From Catajapyx aquilonaris (Eukaryota): 64,000 bases of DNA. The stretch is from positions 62,001 through 126,000 of the forward strand of contig JYFJ02000123.1 in NCBI GenBank assembly GCA_000934665.2. Reading direction: 5' to 3'. The position numbers were made by a program, and so were the translations under genes. Under the pieces are notes generated by a model. That model saw nothing but the letters and a program-made list of their open reading frames with translations. It did not search any database and had not been told where the DNA came from. This document shows positions 14,669 through 29,600 of this stretch, piece after piece (position 1 is the first letter of the stretch; every line of letters begins with the position of its first letter).

Positions 14669-17600
14669 GCCTCTCTCCTCTCCCTCTCTCTTACCTAATG
14701 AGATTTGGGGGCCCGTGAAAGCCTGCCGCCGGAGAAACAACACTCGGATGACGATGACTGGAAAGACGAGCTGGATTCCCCTAGATCTTTGGATTCAGAC
14801 CATCGACACGCCGTCCTCTTCCGCACGCCCGGCTGACAAGCCAAACGCAATTATGCGGCCCCCACCATGCTGCAAAACCCGAGGAGATTTCCTGGAAGGA
14901 AGGGACCGCGACATGAATGTCAAGGGCTATCATCTCTTGCGACTTGCTCACGTCCGAGGATTTGGCAACGCTGCGGAGGCGCTCTCCCGACAAATGGCGC
15001 GGAGGATGACGCGGCAAAGTGAAGGGTGATTGGTTTAGAAGTGTGCGTGCGCCGCTCGTTGTTGCCACGTGTCCGTGAGAACAAGATAACACGAGAAAAC
15101 CGCACTAATATGGAGAGAACACCACTTAAATTCATTCCACATGATAAATATTCCCCCAGAGTGAACCTGAAACTATCTCGTTACATAAAAAGTCGCGGTT
15201 TTTCCCCTTATTGTGATATTAATAATTGTTGGTTAGGTCTTGTCAGCAATCAGTGACAAGTAGAAACCCAATTTTTTGTCACACCGAATTCCCGCTCTCT
15301 AGCCTGAGCAAAAGTGTTTGTAGAGGTGTTCTTGTAGCTTGCTTCTTCAATAGTAGTGGGTCAGGCTTTTTTTTCTCTCCTCTTCGTTTTTTGCTGAGAT
15401 TCCGCCTCTCTGCCCTGGGCCCTGCCTCTTATTGCCCAAGTTGACCTCTACCCAGCCATTTCCAAGCACGGCCCGCTCTCTAAATCTCTCCCTTCTCAGC
15501 CTCCTCCGTGTCGTATCCGCGTCTCGAGGCTTGAAAAGGCAACAAAAATGGAGCTTGGTTGCAGATACGGGGGTCCAATTTATGAACCGCAGTGCACGCT
15601 GCGTGATCTGCACTAACAAAATATTTACATTCACAGCTGATGCATTGGTCAGTTTGTTACATGCCTATTAATATCTGATTTAAATAATATTATGCTTTCG
15701 ATTGAGCGCAGATTGAATCTGAAGTATGGGTTTGGCTGCTATACCATTGTTATGTTGATTCTAGCTGATGATCTGAGATTTTTGAATGGTACAGCAGAGT
15801 ACACACGCTTTAGGCAAATTCAGATTTTCTGCTTAGATTCTCATCAGGCTGGAAGCAGAGTGATTGTCGCTCTAATTCCTGTGGACTTGGACAGCTGCAG
15901 CGATCAAGCGACATGGAGTGCTCTCAGCCCTGGCTGGGAAGCGATTTATTGGAGCTGCGAGAAAAGCGCAGTGCGGAGGAAAAGTTACTTCTTTTGCATG
16001 ACTCCGAATGAGGCACCGTGGGACGGTGTGTGTGGTGGAGAGGCCAACTTTACTTATATTAGTTATGGAAATTAGGCTCGCATGATGTCCAATGTGATGG
16101 AATAGTTGGAAGAGTGCCTCTTCACATGGAGCTCATTCCTCTTTTGCACCTGACATGCTTATCGGGGAGGCCCCATTACATTAGGAGGGCTTCCAACCAC
16201 AAAGTGCCGCCGTTCGGAGTTTTGTGCCTGGCGACTTTAGAGGCGGGGATTCGCACATTCCGGGGTGCCTTTGGTGTTGGGGGAGGACCGTGTCTAATTT
16301 GCCTCCATTTCGCCACTGCGGCGAAAAGGGAAATGTGAAAAGTGCGGGTATTGACTGTGCCCGAGCCTTGCTAGGATATACTCTCGGGCTGGCATTTTAC
16401 GCACGCTGGCTTGCTGAAATCTGAGGTAGGGTACATATTTGGAGTGCCCGGAAGGACTCTGGAATTTTAGAGAGTTATTCGCACAGAGACGCGTTGAGTG
16501 AAAAGACTGGAAAACATTTTCGGAGTGTCGTCCGAATTGCTCTCTTTACTGTGCTATGTATAGTGGAGAGGTCTTGTCTATTTGGGGGTTCATGAAGCAA
16601 ATCCGGTGTGAACCAATGCAGAAGTTCCGGTAAAAGTAATAACCAGAATAATTTCGCATCGATGTAAGCAGGGAATACAATGTATAGAGAACATTACAGT
16701 TTCCCAGTTAAATGCAGGCGGTAATCGGCATCGAACATCTTCGTACTTGTTACTGTAATGGAGATTGCAATTCTTAAGAACTGTTGTGCTTACCTCAATT
16801 CCCATAGGTATACGGTCTGGTGCAGTCTCCTTTGATGCAACATGGTCTTAAATATGAATTTTAATTTTAATTGTAAACTTATGTGCTTCCCATGCAAGGA
16901 AAGCTGGCTACTAATACTGCGTAGGCTGTATATTCCAAGATTGCAGCAGAACTTTGGCCATTACATGGCAACTTACTGCATGATTGGTTGCAACATTAAA
17001 CCCCTAAACTTCCTCTACAATCTTGGAATTGACTCCGGTAGAACAGATACACAAGCAAGTTCATGTTTACACCTCTCTCGTCCCGCGGAAAGTCGACTCT
17101 AACGGTTTTGCAGATACGGCTTTTTTCCGCGGGACGGCAGACCTGTGGACATAAACTGACACTGGCGGGACATCTCTTAAAGTGCTGTAGGATCAAAAGC
17201 GCTTAAGAATTTTGCACTCGATTAAATCGACTCATTCTGATTCGAGTGCTCTCCATTCCAACAGACACACCTTTATGACTACCTCTCCTTTTGTACAGTC
17301 CAGCCAAACAGATGGAAAAAGTGTAGGCGCCTGGCCGGAATAACCGTCCGAGTTAGTTCATTTGCAACGTGTTTGCCAGAGGGCCCTTTCCGGATTCCCC
17401 CTGAATAAAATGTGACAGTGGGTGGCTGTAACTCTCCAGGGGGAGGGGGAGGCAAGCGAAATAGGTCCATTTGCAGCTGAGGAGGGCGAAGTGGCCAAGA
17501 CAAAATGGCTTCCTCCCCGCGGATGGTCCTCCTTTGTTCACATGCGGAATCCCCCGGACCCCGCTGCTGCCTGCGCTCACTGAAATATACGGACGTGACT

Positions 17601-20600
17601 GCTTTTCGTGAACCTTCGCTGTTAAAAAAAGAGAGAGCGAGAGAGTAGAAAAGGAAAATGTCCCCCTGCAATTTTGGCTAGGGTAATGCAAAGGGGTTAC
17701 TGTGGAGGCTGACTAGGATTTACTTGCCACTTGGCTGTCTGCGGGGGACTGACTCTGATTGGGCCAAATGACTCGGCTCCATCGTAAAGAAAGAAAGAAA
17801 GAAGGGTGGAGGCTTGCTGGCAATCTGCACCTCCAAATTTACTCCTTTTGCGGGAATGGGGAACTCCAGTCTGCATTGGGGCGGCCGCAAAGTTGAGCTC
17901 GACTCCACGGACCTACTTCCGAGGAAGCAATGAATTATAAACTAAGGAACAGGTGGGTGGGACTTGTGGGGGAAATTGATTGTTGGAGAGCAGTTGGGTT
18001 GGTCACTTCGGCCAGTGGAAAGCAATGTGATGAAATAACATGGGTAGGCATCGGAGTCCGTGCAACCAGGGGTGCAACCTTTCCAAATAATTGAAAATCA
18101 ACAAGGGAGATGGTCTGCATTGTGCAATCTTTGTGCCATTTATCGAAATTGTAGTTATTGAGGCGTTGACATGGAAATGGGTAGAAGTCACAATAAGACA
18201 TGTGCCTCAAAAAGTAGCCTACATTTAAATGTTAAACTCATAAACTGTTTTTACTTTGACTTTTCATGACTTTATGTAACATATCCAACAATAAGAAATC
18301 TTTTGCGTAATTAAATCTGATTCGCAGTGTTCTCAAAACTGGTTTTTTGCCTGGCCCCTGTAAAATTTGTTATTTATTAATTTGTTTATTACGCTCTTTC
18401 CCATGTCAACCCCTGAATTGGAGATTTCACTCCCTCTTGTAGAGCACTACATTAAAAATCTATATGAAAAATGTATCCTGAACTGCGCCATAAAGTTTCG
18501 AGTATTTTTGAGCCACCTTGTTATGCGACATGTGAGAACACAGTGTAACCAATCGATGTTATTGGTCCCACGATATGTAGCCTAAGGGGAATTATTTTGT
18601 CAGATGGGTTCTATGGGTGGTCAAATGAGTACATTCTAATTAAAGAGAATTTATCCCGCTACTCGCTACTAGATGATTTTGGGTTGTCCCAGAGGTGTAT
18701 TTTTTCAACCGAACAAACCAGCCTTAATTAAAATACTGGCGCTAAAAAATTAAACAAAGGGAAGCCTACAATATCAGAACCACCGTTGGTCGAACCCTTT
18801 GTGTTATTCCTAGTCCGATACATGTAACGCTGAAAATTTCCAGTACACTGTAGGCTTCTGCAGGCGTCTTTGACTTCACCTATGTATGAGCCAAGTCACT
18901 TGTTGTGTGGTCAGGTGGTCTGCAGCACTAGCTCTAGCTATAGTTGAGCAACAGTTAGGCCTTTGGCAGGATTTGAGCCCCGTGGTGTGAGATAAGGCAC
19001 CGGGATTCATCCGGATCATTAGGTGGTTTTGTGCCCCTGGATGGCCGCAGGGAAAAGGGAGGGCAGCAGTCAGTGTTGCTGCTTTGGCTGCTGCCTCTTG
19101 GCAGGCTTTTCCAGCAGATAAGGAGTCAAAGGCAAGAGCAATGATGCTCACTTTCGCCGCTGGAATTGGATCCATTCATTTAGGACCGTGACAGAAGAAA
19201 TGCTCTCTGCTCGGCCCTCTCTTGCTGGGAGGTGAAGCTGTGGGGAGAGGGGGAAGAACTGGGGAAGAAAAGGGGAGATGGAAAGAAATGAAAGAAAGAG
19301 GCCTTGCGGCTCTCACCGCTGGCGCTTTTTTCCAGACCGAGAAATGAGATCCGGAGCTTGGGAGAGAATGTGCTAAGGGAAGGTTGCGAGCTACGTGATA
19401 TTCGCCTGACTTTTTCCCCTCCAAATGCGAAATTTTTTTGGAACGAAAATATTCCACGCATATTGTGTGCTGCTCTTCTCATTTGGATTCTTATAGCCTG
19501 GAGAAATCAGAAGCGCACCATGAATAGTTAGCACAGGAGAAATCATGCTTTTACTTAGTTAATTTCGTGTGTCTTCTGCAATCACTGCCCACAGCTCATT
19601 TTAACAGCAGCGCACTTGGCAATTGAGAGCTGTTCTTTAACATGTAAATTACTAAACACTAACGTTCCTTATTGCGTTATATGTAACATAATATGAAACA
19701 TGTCAGGTGATAGTGCTCATGCAGGTATGTATGTGATAATATTGCGCACACCAAAACGCAACTTTGGACCAAATGAAATTTTGAGCGTGGTTTTGCAGAA
19801 AATCCCTCAAATAGTCTGTAATCGCCCGTTATTAGCTTCTACCTTTTATGCAAATAGTTTTGAAGCAGTATGAATATGCTGAATTCAGAGCAGTCTCTGA
19901 ATGTGGAACCATCACCGAATTCCACATTTATTACAGAGTTAACAAAATGTTGAGTTGCTGAGTGGAATTAGCGCTATACACCCAAATTACAGGTTCAGTA
20001 ATACTGTGCATTACAGAACAAGCCCAAAATTGGATGTGATTGTGGATGAAAAGAATACTTCGCAGTTGAGCAAAAGGCTCTTGCCCTTCCTCTCTCTGGA
20101 AGTTGGCCAAAAAGGGAGAGGATGTTGGCCCCACTGCAATACCACCCCCAGTCTCCTCCTCTCTCGCCTTCTACCATATAGCTATAGAACAAAATGGGCC
20201 GAATTTCTATACAAGTTTTCCACATGTCTATGCTCATCACTTGACATTTTTATTTCCTTGCAGAATCCTGAGAGGGCGTCCTTTATTCGCCAGAAGTGGG
20301 ACGAAGGCGCCAACTGTTCCGACGGTAAGATTAATGCCTTCTTTTTTATTCTGACATAGCAATTGTTTAACATTGCGGTTCAGAAGTTAGAGAGAAGGAA
20401 AGATCTACGCAATGTGACCCATAGCTCGCGATATAACTTAGTCCTAAGGGGATTTTTTGATATAAAAGTTCATAACTCAAATCTGAGCGGAGAGGAAAAG
20501 AAGCAGAGATAGAGTGCTTTAGAACCTACATGTCGTGTTCCGTTTGACCGGAATAAAACAGTATAGACGCTCCTCTCTGGCCAAAACCCGGAACGGAATT

Positions 20601-23600
20601 ACAATGGTTTTGTGTAGGTGGGTCGGGATTTTCCTCCTTTTTTTTCCTCCGGATGTATGTTTTTTTTCGGTGGAGTAAGTGGTGCTTGCCAAGTTGGTTC
20701 GGAAGGAAGAAAGCACTTCATTGCCAAAACTCCAGTGAATAAATTTTCCTAGGAGAAAGAGGCAGCTCCAGCCATGGTAATAAAGCGTTTTCATATCGCC
20801 GTGAGGTATAGTTCGGAAAGGAGGGCTTTTAAAGTGGCCAATCCTTAGGTTGGTGGGACCAAAGTTCTGTTTATCGACCATGGGCATTGATAGGTTTTTC
20901 GTTTCCTCACTGCTTTATGGAGCCAGGAGGAAAAGATCTGCAGACGTGATACGGAGGACAAAGAACTGTAAAAGTGTTGATGCAATTTCCACGAACGTGA
21001 TATTTACTGTACAGTACACCTGTCAACTATTGTTCACCCCATTACAAGTGACGCTACACTTGACACATTTTTCATGTCGTCTATGGCTATACCTACCCGA
21101 AATTATTTTAAAACCTAAAATTTGTGGAATATGGGTCGCATCAAACCCGTAGAATTATTCCTCTCAGCTACATCTGCAACCATTCACAGCACCTGATTTT
21201 GAAAAGCCTGCTTACTAGCAATGAACTGGAACATGCTTCCATGCTTGTTATCTACAATGAGGGAGGTCCATTTTTATTCAGCAGAAGGAAGCGGTAAAAA
21301 GTGCGGGGTGAGTCAGATTCTTTCATTACTTGCTCTGAAGAGGCTGTGATTTTAGTCCAGTCACGTTCCAGCGCGCGGAAAGAATAGTTAGAGAAACTTG
21401 GTCTGGGGGAACATTTCCCAGCAGCGCGATTTCATTTCCCTACCGACTCCCTGAAATAATGGGAATGATAAATAAGTTGTGGAGGGGAAAATCAGGGTTG
21501 CCGCCAGTATTATTTTTCGTGGCTGTTTGTAAAATACTCCTGGGGATCACACATGTTTTTTTGGCAGCGTCGATAATGGCTTTCATAATGAACTACGGCG
21601 GCGTAAAAAAAAGTGTGCGTTTCTGCACCGACCACATGTGCAATGTTGCATTTGCAGGGATTGTTTCCCGATCACACGCCGATGAAAAGGTGACGTGTTT
21701 TGATTGCAAGAGTGGTCATGTGCATAATGTCTACATGAATAGCATAAAATCAGGGAACACTACCACCTGATGTTGTTTCAGGGTGCAGTTGGAAGAGAAA
21801 AACATGGCCACATTATTATTAGCGAGTGCTTCTACTGAGCGAACACGTAGGAATGGCGTAATTCACACTGATTTTTTTTGAACAAGTATCACGCAGCGTT
21901 GAATAAACCGTGGTCAAATTCTTGATTCATGATAACAGTCGGTATAATGACACTGGAATCATTCTAAGAAAATATTAATACAAAATGCGGTATTGCAGTA
22001 TCAGTATGTGCCGCAGGGAGAACTCGGTTGCTTACACAAAAAAAAGTTCAAACCTCTGCGAAAACTGCATCACCCGAGGGGCCAAAATACACTGCAACGT
22101 TCAAGCCTGACTTAATATCTCTCGCAAAAAGCAGGGGGCCAGCACCTCCTTTTCATTCAAGCGAAGCGATTGTGTTGTTGACACTAGTCAGGTTTTTGGG
22201 GAGCCGCCTACCCGCATTTGAATGTGTGCCCTTGCCAGCTCTTCCCTCCCTATAGGTATATAAGGAGAGATGGATTTGTTCTGAGCGAGATGAAATGTTT
22301 GGCCTGACTTGGTATGGAAGGTAAAAACAGGCAGTTTGAGGGAGAAGAGGATTTGCCCACGCAAACAACGCTTACTGTGTTTACCCAACCCACCAGCAGC
22401 AGTTTTTTTTGTGTGTGTGGGGGAGGTTGGGTTTTTGCCACGGTTTCCAGGGCTAGATGCAAGGCTCTAATTGGAATTTTAAATGAACTCAGCGGAAATA
22501 CACCTTGCTTGGATAGGAATATTTTTTAGGGTTGCTTCTGGTGTATATAGGCCACATGGATAATTATTCCAGGAGGGTGCTGCATGTAACGAGCCTGACA
22601 GGTTATTTTGTGGGTTGATTTGATTGAACTCATTGGCTCGGTACATAGTGCAGTCGGGTCACAGCCTAGGGCCTGTTATATCCAACAATCGTTCCGCCAA
22701 GTTACACAACATGAATTATGCATCCAATAGGTGAGCTCTGCTTTCGCTGCATGCATTATGTATCAATGAGGAATCACGACGGTTCCGCAGCAGGCTATAC
22801 AACAAGCCGCATTTGAGCTGAATATGCAGGTTATATGTTGAGAAGTTAGCAAACACAAGGATGCAAGTGAAGCATGCAATGTGAGATTGTGCAAGCTAAT
22901 GTTAATTACCTGAGGCGTATTGCAATGATGAGAAATTCTAGCTTCCATGTTCTTAGTTCAAAGTTCCTTCTGGTGCGGGTTTCGCACACAGCATCCACAA
23001 TCTATTATACTGTATGTGAAAATATATATTATGTATGATAGTTGAAGTTTGGGTGTTATATCATATAACTACATGAAAACGTCCTAACTTTTCCTGCAAT
23101 CTACAAGCTTGTGGTGTCACTCAACACGTTCCGCATATATATACTGTTAGTAACTCCAACACGAAACTCCAAAACAAAGCAAAATTATTAGCACACATGT
23201 CCCATGTCCGAAAAACCATTTGGCCAGAGGAAAACAAAGTCAAAGTGCAGCCTTTTAAGCAAAGGCCATTAAACTTCATTAGGTTGGCAGGAGAACTGTG
23301 GGGAAAAGGGCGTCTTCTGTCGTTTCTCACTAACGTCCTTCGAGCCAAAGGACCTGGCGTTTGTTTTTGTAAAAGGAGGGGAGAATCTTCTTTCTTCAGA
23401 ATCACCCTTCTTCTTTTTTTTATCCCCCGAGAAATACGTCTCTCTCATTTTAATCATCGAAAGGTTTCTGCTAGATAAGGGGATTGCCCAGTGAAAATCT
23501 GTCGCTTGTACTCTCACAGTGGAATGTGACGAGAATGGAAGGATTGAGAGCTCTACTTCCCTCCTTGGTATATACACAGACGGTAATTATTTCCTTGACA

Positions 23601-26600
23601 GCTTCCTCGACGAAAAAATTGTCTCGGAGGCAAAATTATGGCACCGTCTGGGGGTAATTATGTCTGAAATGGGGCTTTCTTAAGTCGCAATATTGTCTCC
23701 TTGGGCCATTGTAAAGAGAGAAATAGGCTGAAAAGGAGAGAGCTAAGAAAGTGACATGGCGGTGATACCAATTATCCCCCCCATGGGGAGATATGCCGGA
23801 TTTTTTTACGGTTCGAATCAGGTGGTTGTAAGCCACTTCGAGAATGTATAATAAAAGATAGAAAATTGGAGGGAAGAATTGGCGACCCTTTCTCTCTGAT
23901 GAATTCTACAATTTGGTCTGCAAAAGAAGATTTCCATTCCCATAATGGAATACTAATTTGGCGGATGGCTGGGTTGGCGTCGACAAGGAAAGTGCAGGGA
24001 CTGGATTCAAGAGAGGGAAGAACACATCCGCACTTTGACCCCGATGAGATTTTCATGGGGCCGTTACAGGGCACTTTAATAAGGGGTCCGGGTTAGATGT
24101 TTGGAGGATTCTGGCGCGGAAATACTTTCCGAGGGCGATAAGAAATTGCGGGTATTTATGACAATGAGCACATGGTGCGGTTGGGGCCAAAAATACTAGG
24201 GGGCCTTATCTCCACCGGGTGTCTCAGGAGTAATCAGGCATTAGTGTTGAATCATTTATGTGATACACAACTCTCGACTTGCCATTGTGCGCATTAATGT
24301 TTGAGTAGGTTGCTGTTTAATACTTCACCACGTACAGTGGTAGGCCTACTGTACGTGCGGAGACAAGTTACAAAACGGATGTAGCTATAAATTAGAATCA
24401 GACTAAATTAATAATACTGAGGTATTCTGAACCGATCAGCCTTGCTTGTTAATTCCGGTGTGTGTCTACTGATGTGACTAATTTTAGACTAAGCTGCTTA
24501 TTATTATTGAGCTGTTACCTTTGTAGGTTATCAATTAATAACAATCTTGTCAGATGGAAGGTTGCTTCCTGACCTCAGATTTAAATGGGTCAAAATTGGT
24601 CACTTACAACGTCCTAATATCAGAAATGTCATTTAGGGCACTAATATTTTCACATCCTTAATCTGCTGGTTCTAAAGAGCCTGAAAGTAACAACAGGAAA
24701 TTCCTGGAAAATAGTTCACTTTAGCTTCTTCCTATGAAAAATTCGCTAACTAAAACTGGCATCAAAAAGGAAACCTATATTTAATGCAAATATTTCCCGT
24801 TGCTTCCATTAATGTGATCAGGAACCAGCAACCGCCTGCTTCCTGTAAACTGTCGTTGAAGATTCCGGACTCCATCGATCTGACGTTAGCTAATTCCGGG
24901 ACATCCAGTGCTCACTTCTTTACTCCGTTATCGAGTCTACTAACCTGATTAGTGGTCTTGTTATGCTTTTATGAGATGGCGTGCTACTAAATAATGCCTT
25001 TCTCTACTCTCGGTCAGGTAGAAACCTCCATCTCATTACTCTTCCATGGTCATCACCACTTTTCTTCTAAATTATTACACCATTACGTACAGTATTACTC
25101 GCCATTACAGAATTCAACCCCCGGGGGAAAAAAAACGCTGGCCCCTACTTTACAAAATGAGGCCACAAAATCGGCCACCGTAATTTTTCAAGACATACTC
25201 AAGGTGGCTTGCAGTGGACACGTCGCACGTAGTTGGCGGCTTCCTTGTTGGACACGTAAAGTGCGGTGACTGCGGGAGGAAGCCGCCTCACCGCCATGTA
25301 ATTAGGTTGTGACTCGTGTTACCACCGCTCCTTTCCTTTCCTAGAGAGAGAGAGAGAGAAGTTATAGACAGACAGGTGGACGGAGAAGCTGGGGTTGTAC
25401 GAGACAAAATGGGGGATGATTAGAAGCGAAGGAAGCGTGCTGGTGCAAAAGGGGCCAGCTGGCTGTCAGAGGCACCCGCTATGCTGTCAGGTCTTCCCTG
25501 GATAAAAAAAAATGTTGGCCGTTGACCCAAGCCGTAATTTTTGGCAGTTTCGGGGGTTACTGTGCGTGTATCTGAAAGGGCTCTAAATGCGGTAGAGCAT
25601 TAGACTGGGAGGGTGTCTCTCTCCGGGAGCACCCTCGACAGCTGTGAAATATCGGATAAGTTTGGGGACGGGCCGTTTAGAAGCGTCCAATTTCGGGTTC
25701 TGGTTCGAAAGGGAGGGTGTAATCCGTGGCTGTATGAGAGGGGGTGCCCGTGGACATGGAGGAGGAACCTATTCCATTCCTCTGAACGAGTTGTCTCCGA
25801 TGAATCCGAGACCGGGAGTCGCTGGGATTGGGACATTCGAATGCGGCCAGGCTGTTTGGTCTATGGGAAATAACAGTACCGATATTTGACCCCGGGTAAT
25901 CTGCGTAAATGTCTCGTTGACTAGTGAAGAATTTCCTTCCCTGTAACCCCGGCATGTGCCCGTATCTATGATACTGGCAACTGCTCAGCTTCATTAACCC
26001 ATTCTAGCAACACACCCTCCCTCTACACCAAGTAAATGAGGTTTCAGCAAGTTTCCTTAACGAAGCAATTTACAACAAGCATTGTAGCTAAATTTCCAGT
26101 CACGAACTGGCTGCAAATTCTCCTCCATCTTGGCCTGCTCGCGAACCTCGAATTTTGATTGCTTCATATGGTAATCGAGGAGGGAGGAACTCTGTTGCCT
26201 CTGTGCTGTCAAACAAAAATGCGGGGATCGAACTCAGGGCCTCTGAAGCCAGTTGGCCTTCAAGCTTGATGAAAGTATCTCCTAAGCATCTACTTCCACT
26301 GACTGAAATAGTTGGCCCTGAGGAAATGTGCAGTTCAGCAGTTGTGAGAGGGGGTGTGGAAATACTGGAAACTGTGGCGCAGGCGAGGCGATGAAAGAAG
26401 CGCTGATGCCCTCGTTAGCTTCGGGAAACCAGCAGTCCTAAATGTGGGTGTGGTGTCCTGGTTGTGTGGGGGACTAGGTGGAGATTCTTTCATTCCAGAC
26501 TCTCCCGGATAACCCAACGGCGGCTGAAAGTCTTGGGGAGTAAAAACGAGGCCTTCCCTCTTAACGATCTGGATAGCACTTTCATGTACACGAAGCGCCG

Positions 26601-29600
26601 GTTAATTAGCATTTAAGTACCGTTGGAGCAAAGGGATGGGCTCATCTAGGGATTGCTAGCAAGTGAGGACCCAACAGCAGGGGGGTGGATGCAAAAAGCC
26701 GTTTTAAGGGGGACAAAGGAAGCTGCGGTCCAATTGACAGAGTTGGGATGAAAAGCCTCCGCCGAGCTGACTTACGTGGACCACTTTTAGGAGCGGGGAA
26801 ATGGCGTCTTTCAAAGAGTTCCCCAGGGCACTTGCATTGCCTTCGCACGTCATCCTCACTACATGATGTAATTTTAGGGGAGGCTTCAGGCTTTAATTCG
26901 GGCTGAAAAAGGGGCGCTGATGCTTGGGAAGAAATCAGTGGCAGAAAATTACGTCAAGCTTTGGATGGAAAGTAGAGGCCGGTTATATATGATGACCTGA
27001 AATTCCGGCTGGTCGAAATTGAGTTAAGAATTGACGTCTAATTACTGATTGATAAAGTCAGTTTTATGATAGAGAATTAAATTACGAATTTGTTCCATCC
27101 TGGCATGATGCAACCCAACTTTTTGCATTTGATAAAATGAACCAAAACGTGGCTTGCATTTCAGGTATTCATGTAGTAATTTGAAAGCGGAGTCACGAAC
27201 AAATATTGGCAGTTTATTGACTAAATTGATTTACAATGTGACACCAAAAATGTATCGGTTTATTGCCAAAAGTGGAATGGCCTAAATACTGGCATGTTAA
27301 TCGACACTAACTATATAAAGTGTACACGCTCTTATCGCTATTGGTTATTGGAAAAAGTTGGTTGCATCATTTTTCTCCAGTACGCTTTTCACTGGAAATG
27401 AGCAACTAGATGCTGTAGATGCGGAGACAAATAGTCCTTCTTTTATTGGTTTCTTTACGCCAGACTAGAGCCCTGGCTATGGTCCAAGAAGCAAAAATAA
27501 TTTCTCTGGAAATTGACATCTGCGCCAAAGTAAAAGACCGTTGATTGTCACCAGAATCTTGGGGTTAGATTGCCGTTCGTGGCCAGAATGGCCGGCGTTC
27601 ATTAGGGAATGGTAGTATTAAGGAGCGGAAAGTGCGGTGGACAAACCAATGAAGTTGGGATTAATTAGTCTGGCTAATGAAGGTCCGCCAGCATCGGACT
27701 TGAGCCCCTGAGAAAGAGGAGGAGGAGAGTCAGCCAATGAAATTGCAGCATTGACTCACGTTCAACCGGAGACCCATTCGAAGCCCGGATTTTGCTGGCG
27801 GCAAGGAAATTATAACCGCCATTTAAGGGCCTACTGGGTGATTTACTTTTTTTTACTTTCTTAAAAAATGCCAAAATTGCGCAGAATTACTGGGGATTAA
27901 TATATGGCGACTCTCTTGTTATGTAGGTAGGGCTTACAACTCTCAAGCATCCTCCGTATATTCTAATTAACTCATTTTGGAGTACAATCAAGTGGGATAG
28001 TACTGAAAAAGGGGGGTCGCATAGAGTGTAAACTTCTGGCCCAATTAGTACCGGCAAGGACATCCAAAGTCTGCAACTGCCGTTCTTTCCCTCGTTGCAA
28101 TTCCTTTGACTGCTTTCCCCTTGGCCGACTTGAAGGCACCCCCCACCTCAATTAGTCCTCCCTCACAGGTTGTTTGGACTATCAAGCCTCACTCTATTAC
28201 CTAGAAGTTCCACCCAAACTTAGGCCTCGGTTTTTTGCAGTTAATCGTCACGGGTATTAAGCCGGTGTTCATGCGGTTATCGCATAATCTGAAAAAATTA
28301 GGAGATGTTAATGCCTGCTCACACAATAAATTTTCTAGAATGGCGTAGAAAGGGGTTGGGTTTAATTAAGGGCCTATTGATCGTTGAGGTTTTGGAGATC
28401 CGACGGTGGTTTTTTTTGGTGGAGCACAAGCGTGTATAAAAATCTTGGACTGCAGGTGCTGCAAATGGATTTGGAGTCAGAAAGAGTAATGGTGGCGATC
28501 AACCGGGCTGCTCATTGATAGTCGATGGTTTGGAAGGAAATATTGATCCGAAGATTGGTTGCTATGAGACTCGCAGCTATCATCATTATCGTCCTCAGAA
28601 GCAAAAACCATCTCTCCCACCTTCTTCTTCCCCCAAGAGACTTTTGGAGGATTGGGTGGTATGATTTACAGTGTCCACCTTTTATGGGCAAAGTTTCCCA
28701 CGATTCGGGATAATGCGGATCCCTCTTGAGAAGTCCTTTTCGAAAGATAGAACACCATTGTACCTCGCAGTTCTTAAAACTTGGGGACTACTTGGGCGGT
28801 GACGTGTCGTAAATCGACTTTCATGACTCAGCCTAATAAGACCCGTCCTACTAGACACTTTTACTTATCGGGGGGCTAAAGTTACACAGTTTTCCTCCCC
28901 ATAATTTAAAGGCTCTGTCAAGTTACAGTGACATATTGTTTGGACCCGGATTTCAAAGTCGAAAAAATTACATAGTTTTGTCGGTACCCCCAACGTGTTA
29001 AAACATCCCCAATTTTATGGGTTTGTAAGTTTGAAATTGCCGGCAGTTTAGGCTCGGAGATAATGCGACTAATTTAAATGCAACATAAAACGTCCGCCGC
29101 CAACCGATTAAACTATATTTTTTGTCTCAAGTTTTCCTTTTACGACCCCTGAATTCTGCTACCATCGCACCATCTGCCAGACAAATAATCTCTCGGTACA
29201 CTGTACAAGCAAATGATTGGGATCGAATGTTGGTCAATATTCTTGGTTGCAACGTCAGCCTTCCAGCTAGTTGGCCCCAAGACCGATTGAAGAGTGCGAT
29301 GATTCTGGTTAAATATTTGCCTCTCGGGTCAGGTATGGGGACTCGAAATTGCCTGGCGCGTCTGTGGCCGGGTTTCAACTTGGGGAATTGCTTATTGATT
29401 CCTTCGGATCAAGAGGCAATGCAGGAAGGGGAAAGGAAGAAGCTTTCCTGTTCTTATTCCTGCCGACTAATCATCGGTGGAACCTCCTTTTTCACTTTTT
29501 CCTCTAAAGTCCTCTATATTGCTGGCACATGGTTCGAGCTTGAAATTCTAGAGCCAAGAGCCTTGTTTTTGGAAAGAGCGTTGGGAGATCCGGCGGTTTT

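Noticed and set aside
14538..15029. 163-aa ORF with RERERE run; likewise the poly-Leu ORF at 36637..36918
   Set aside because: Products of microsatellites; no domain or splice support.
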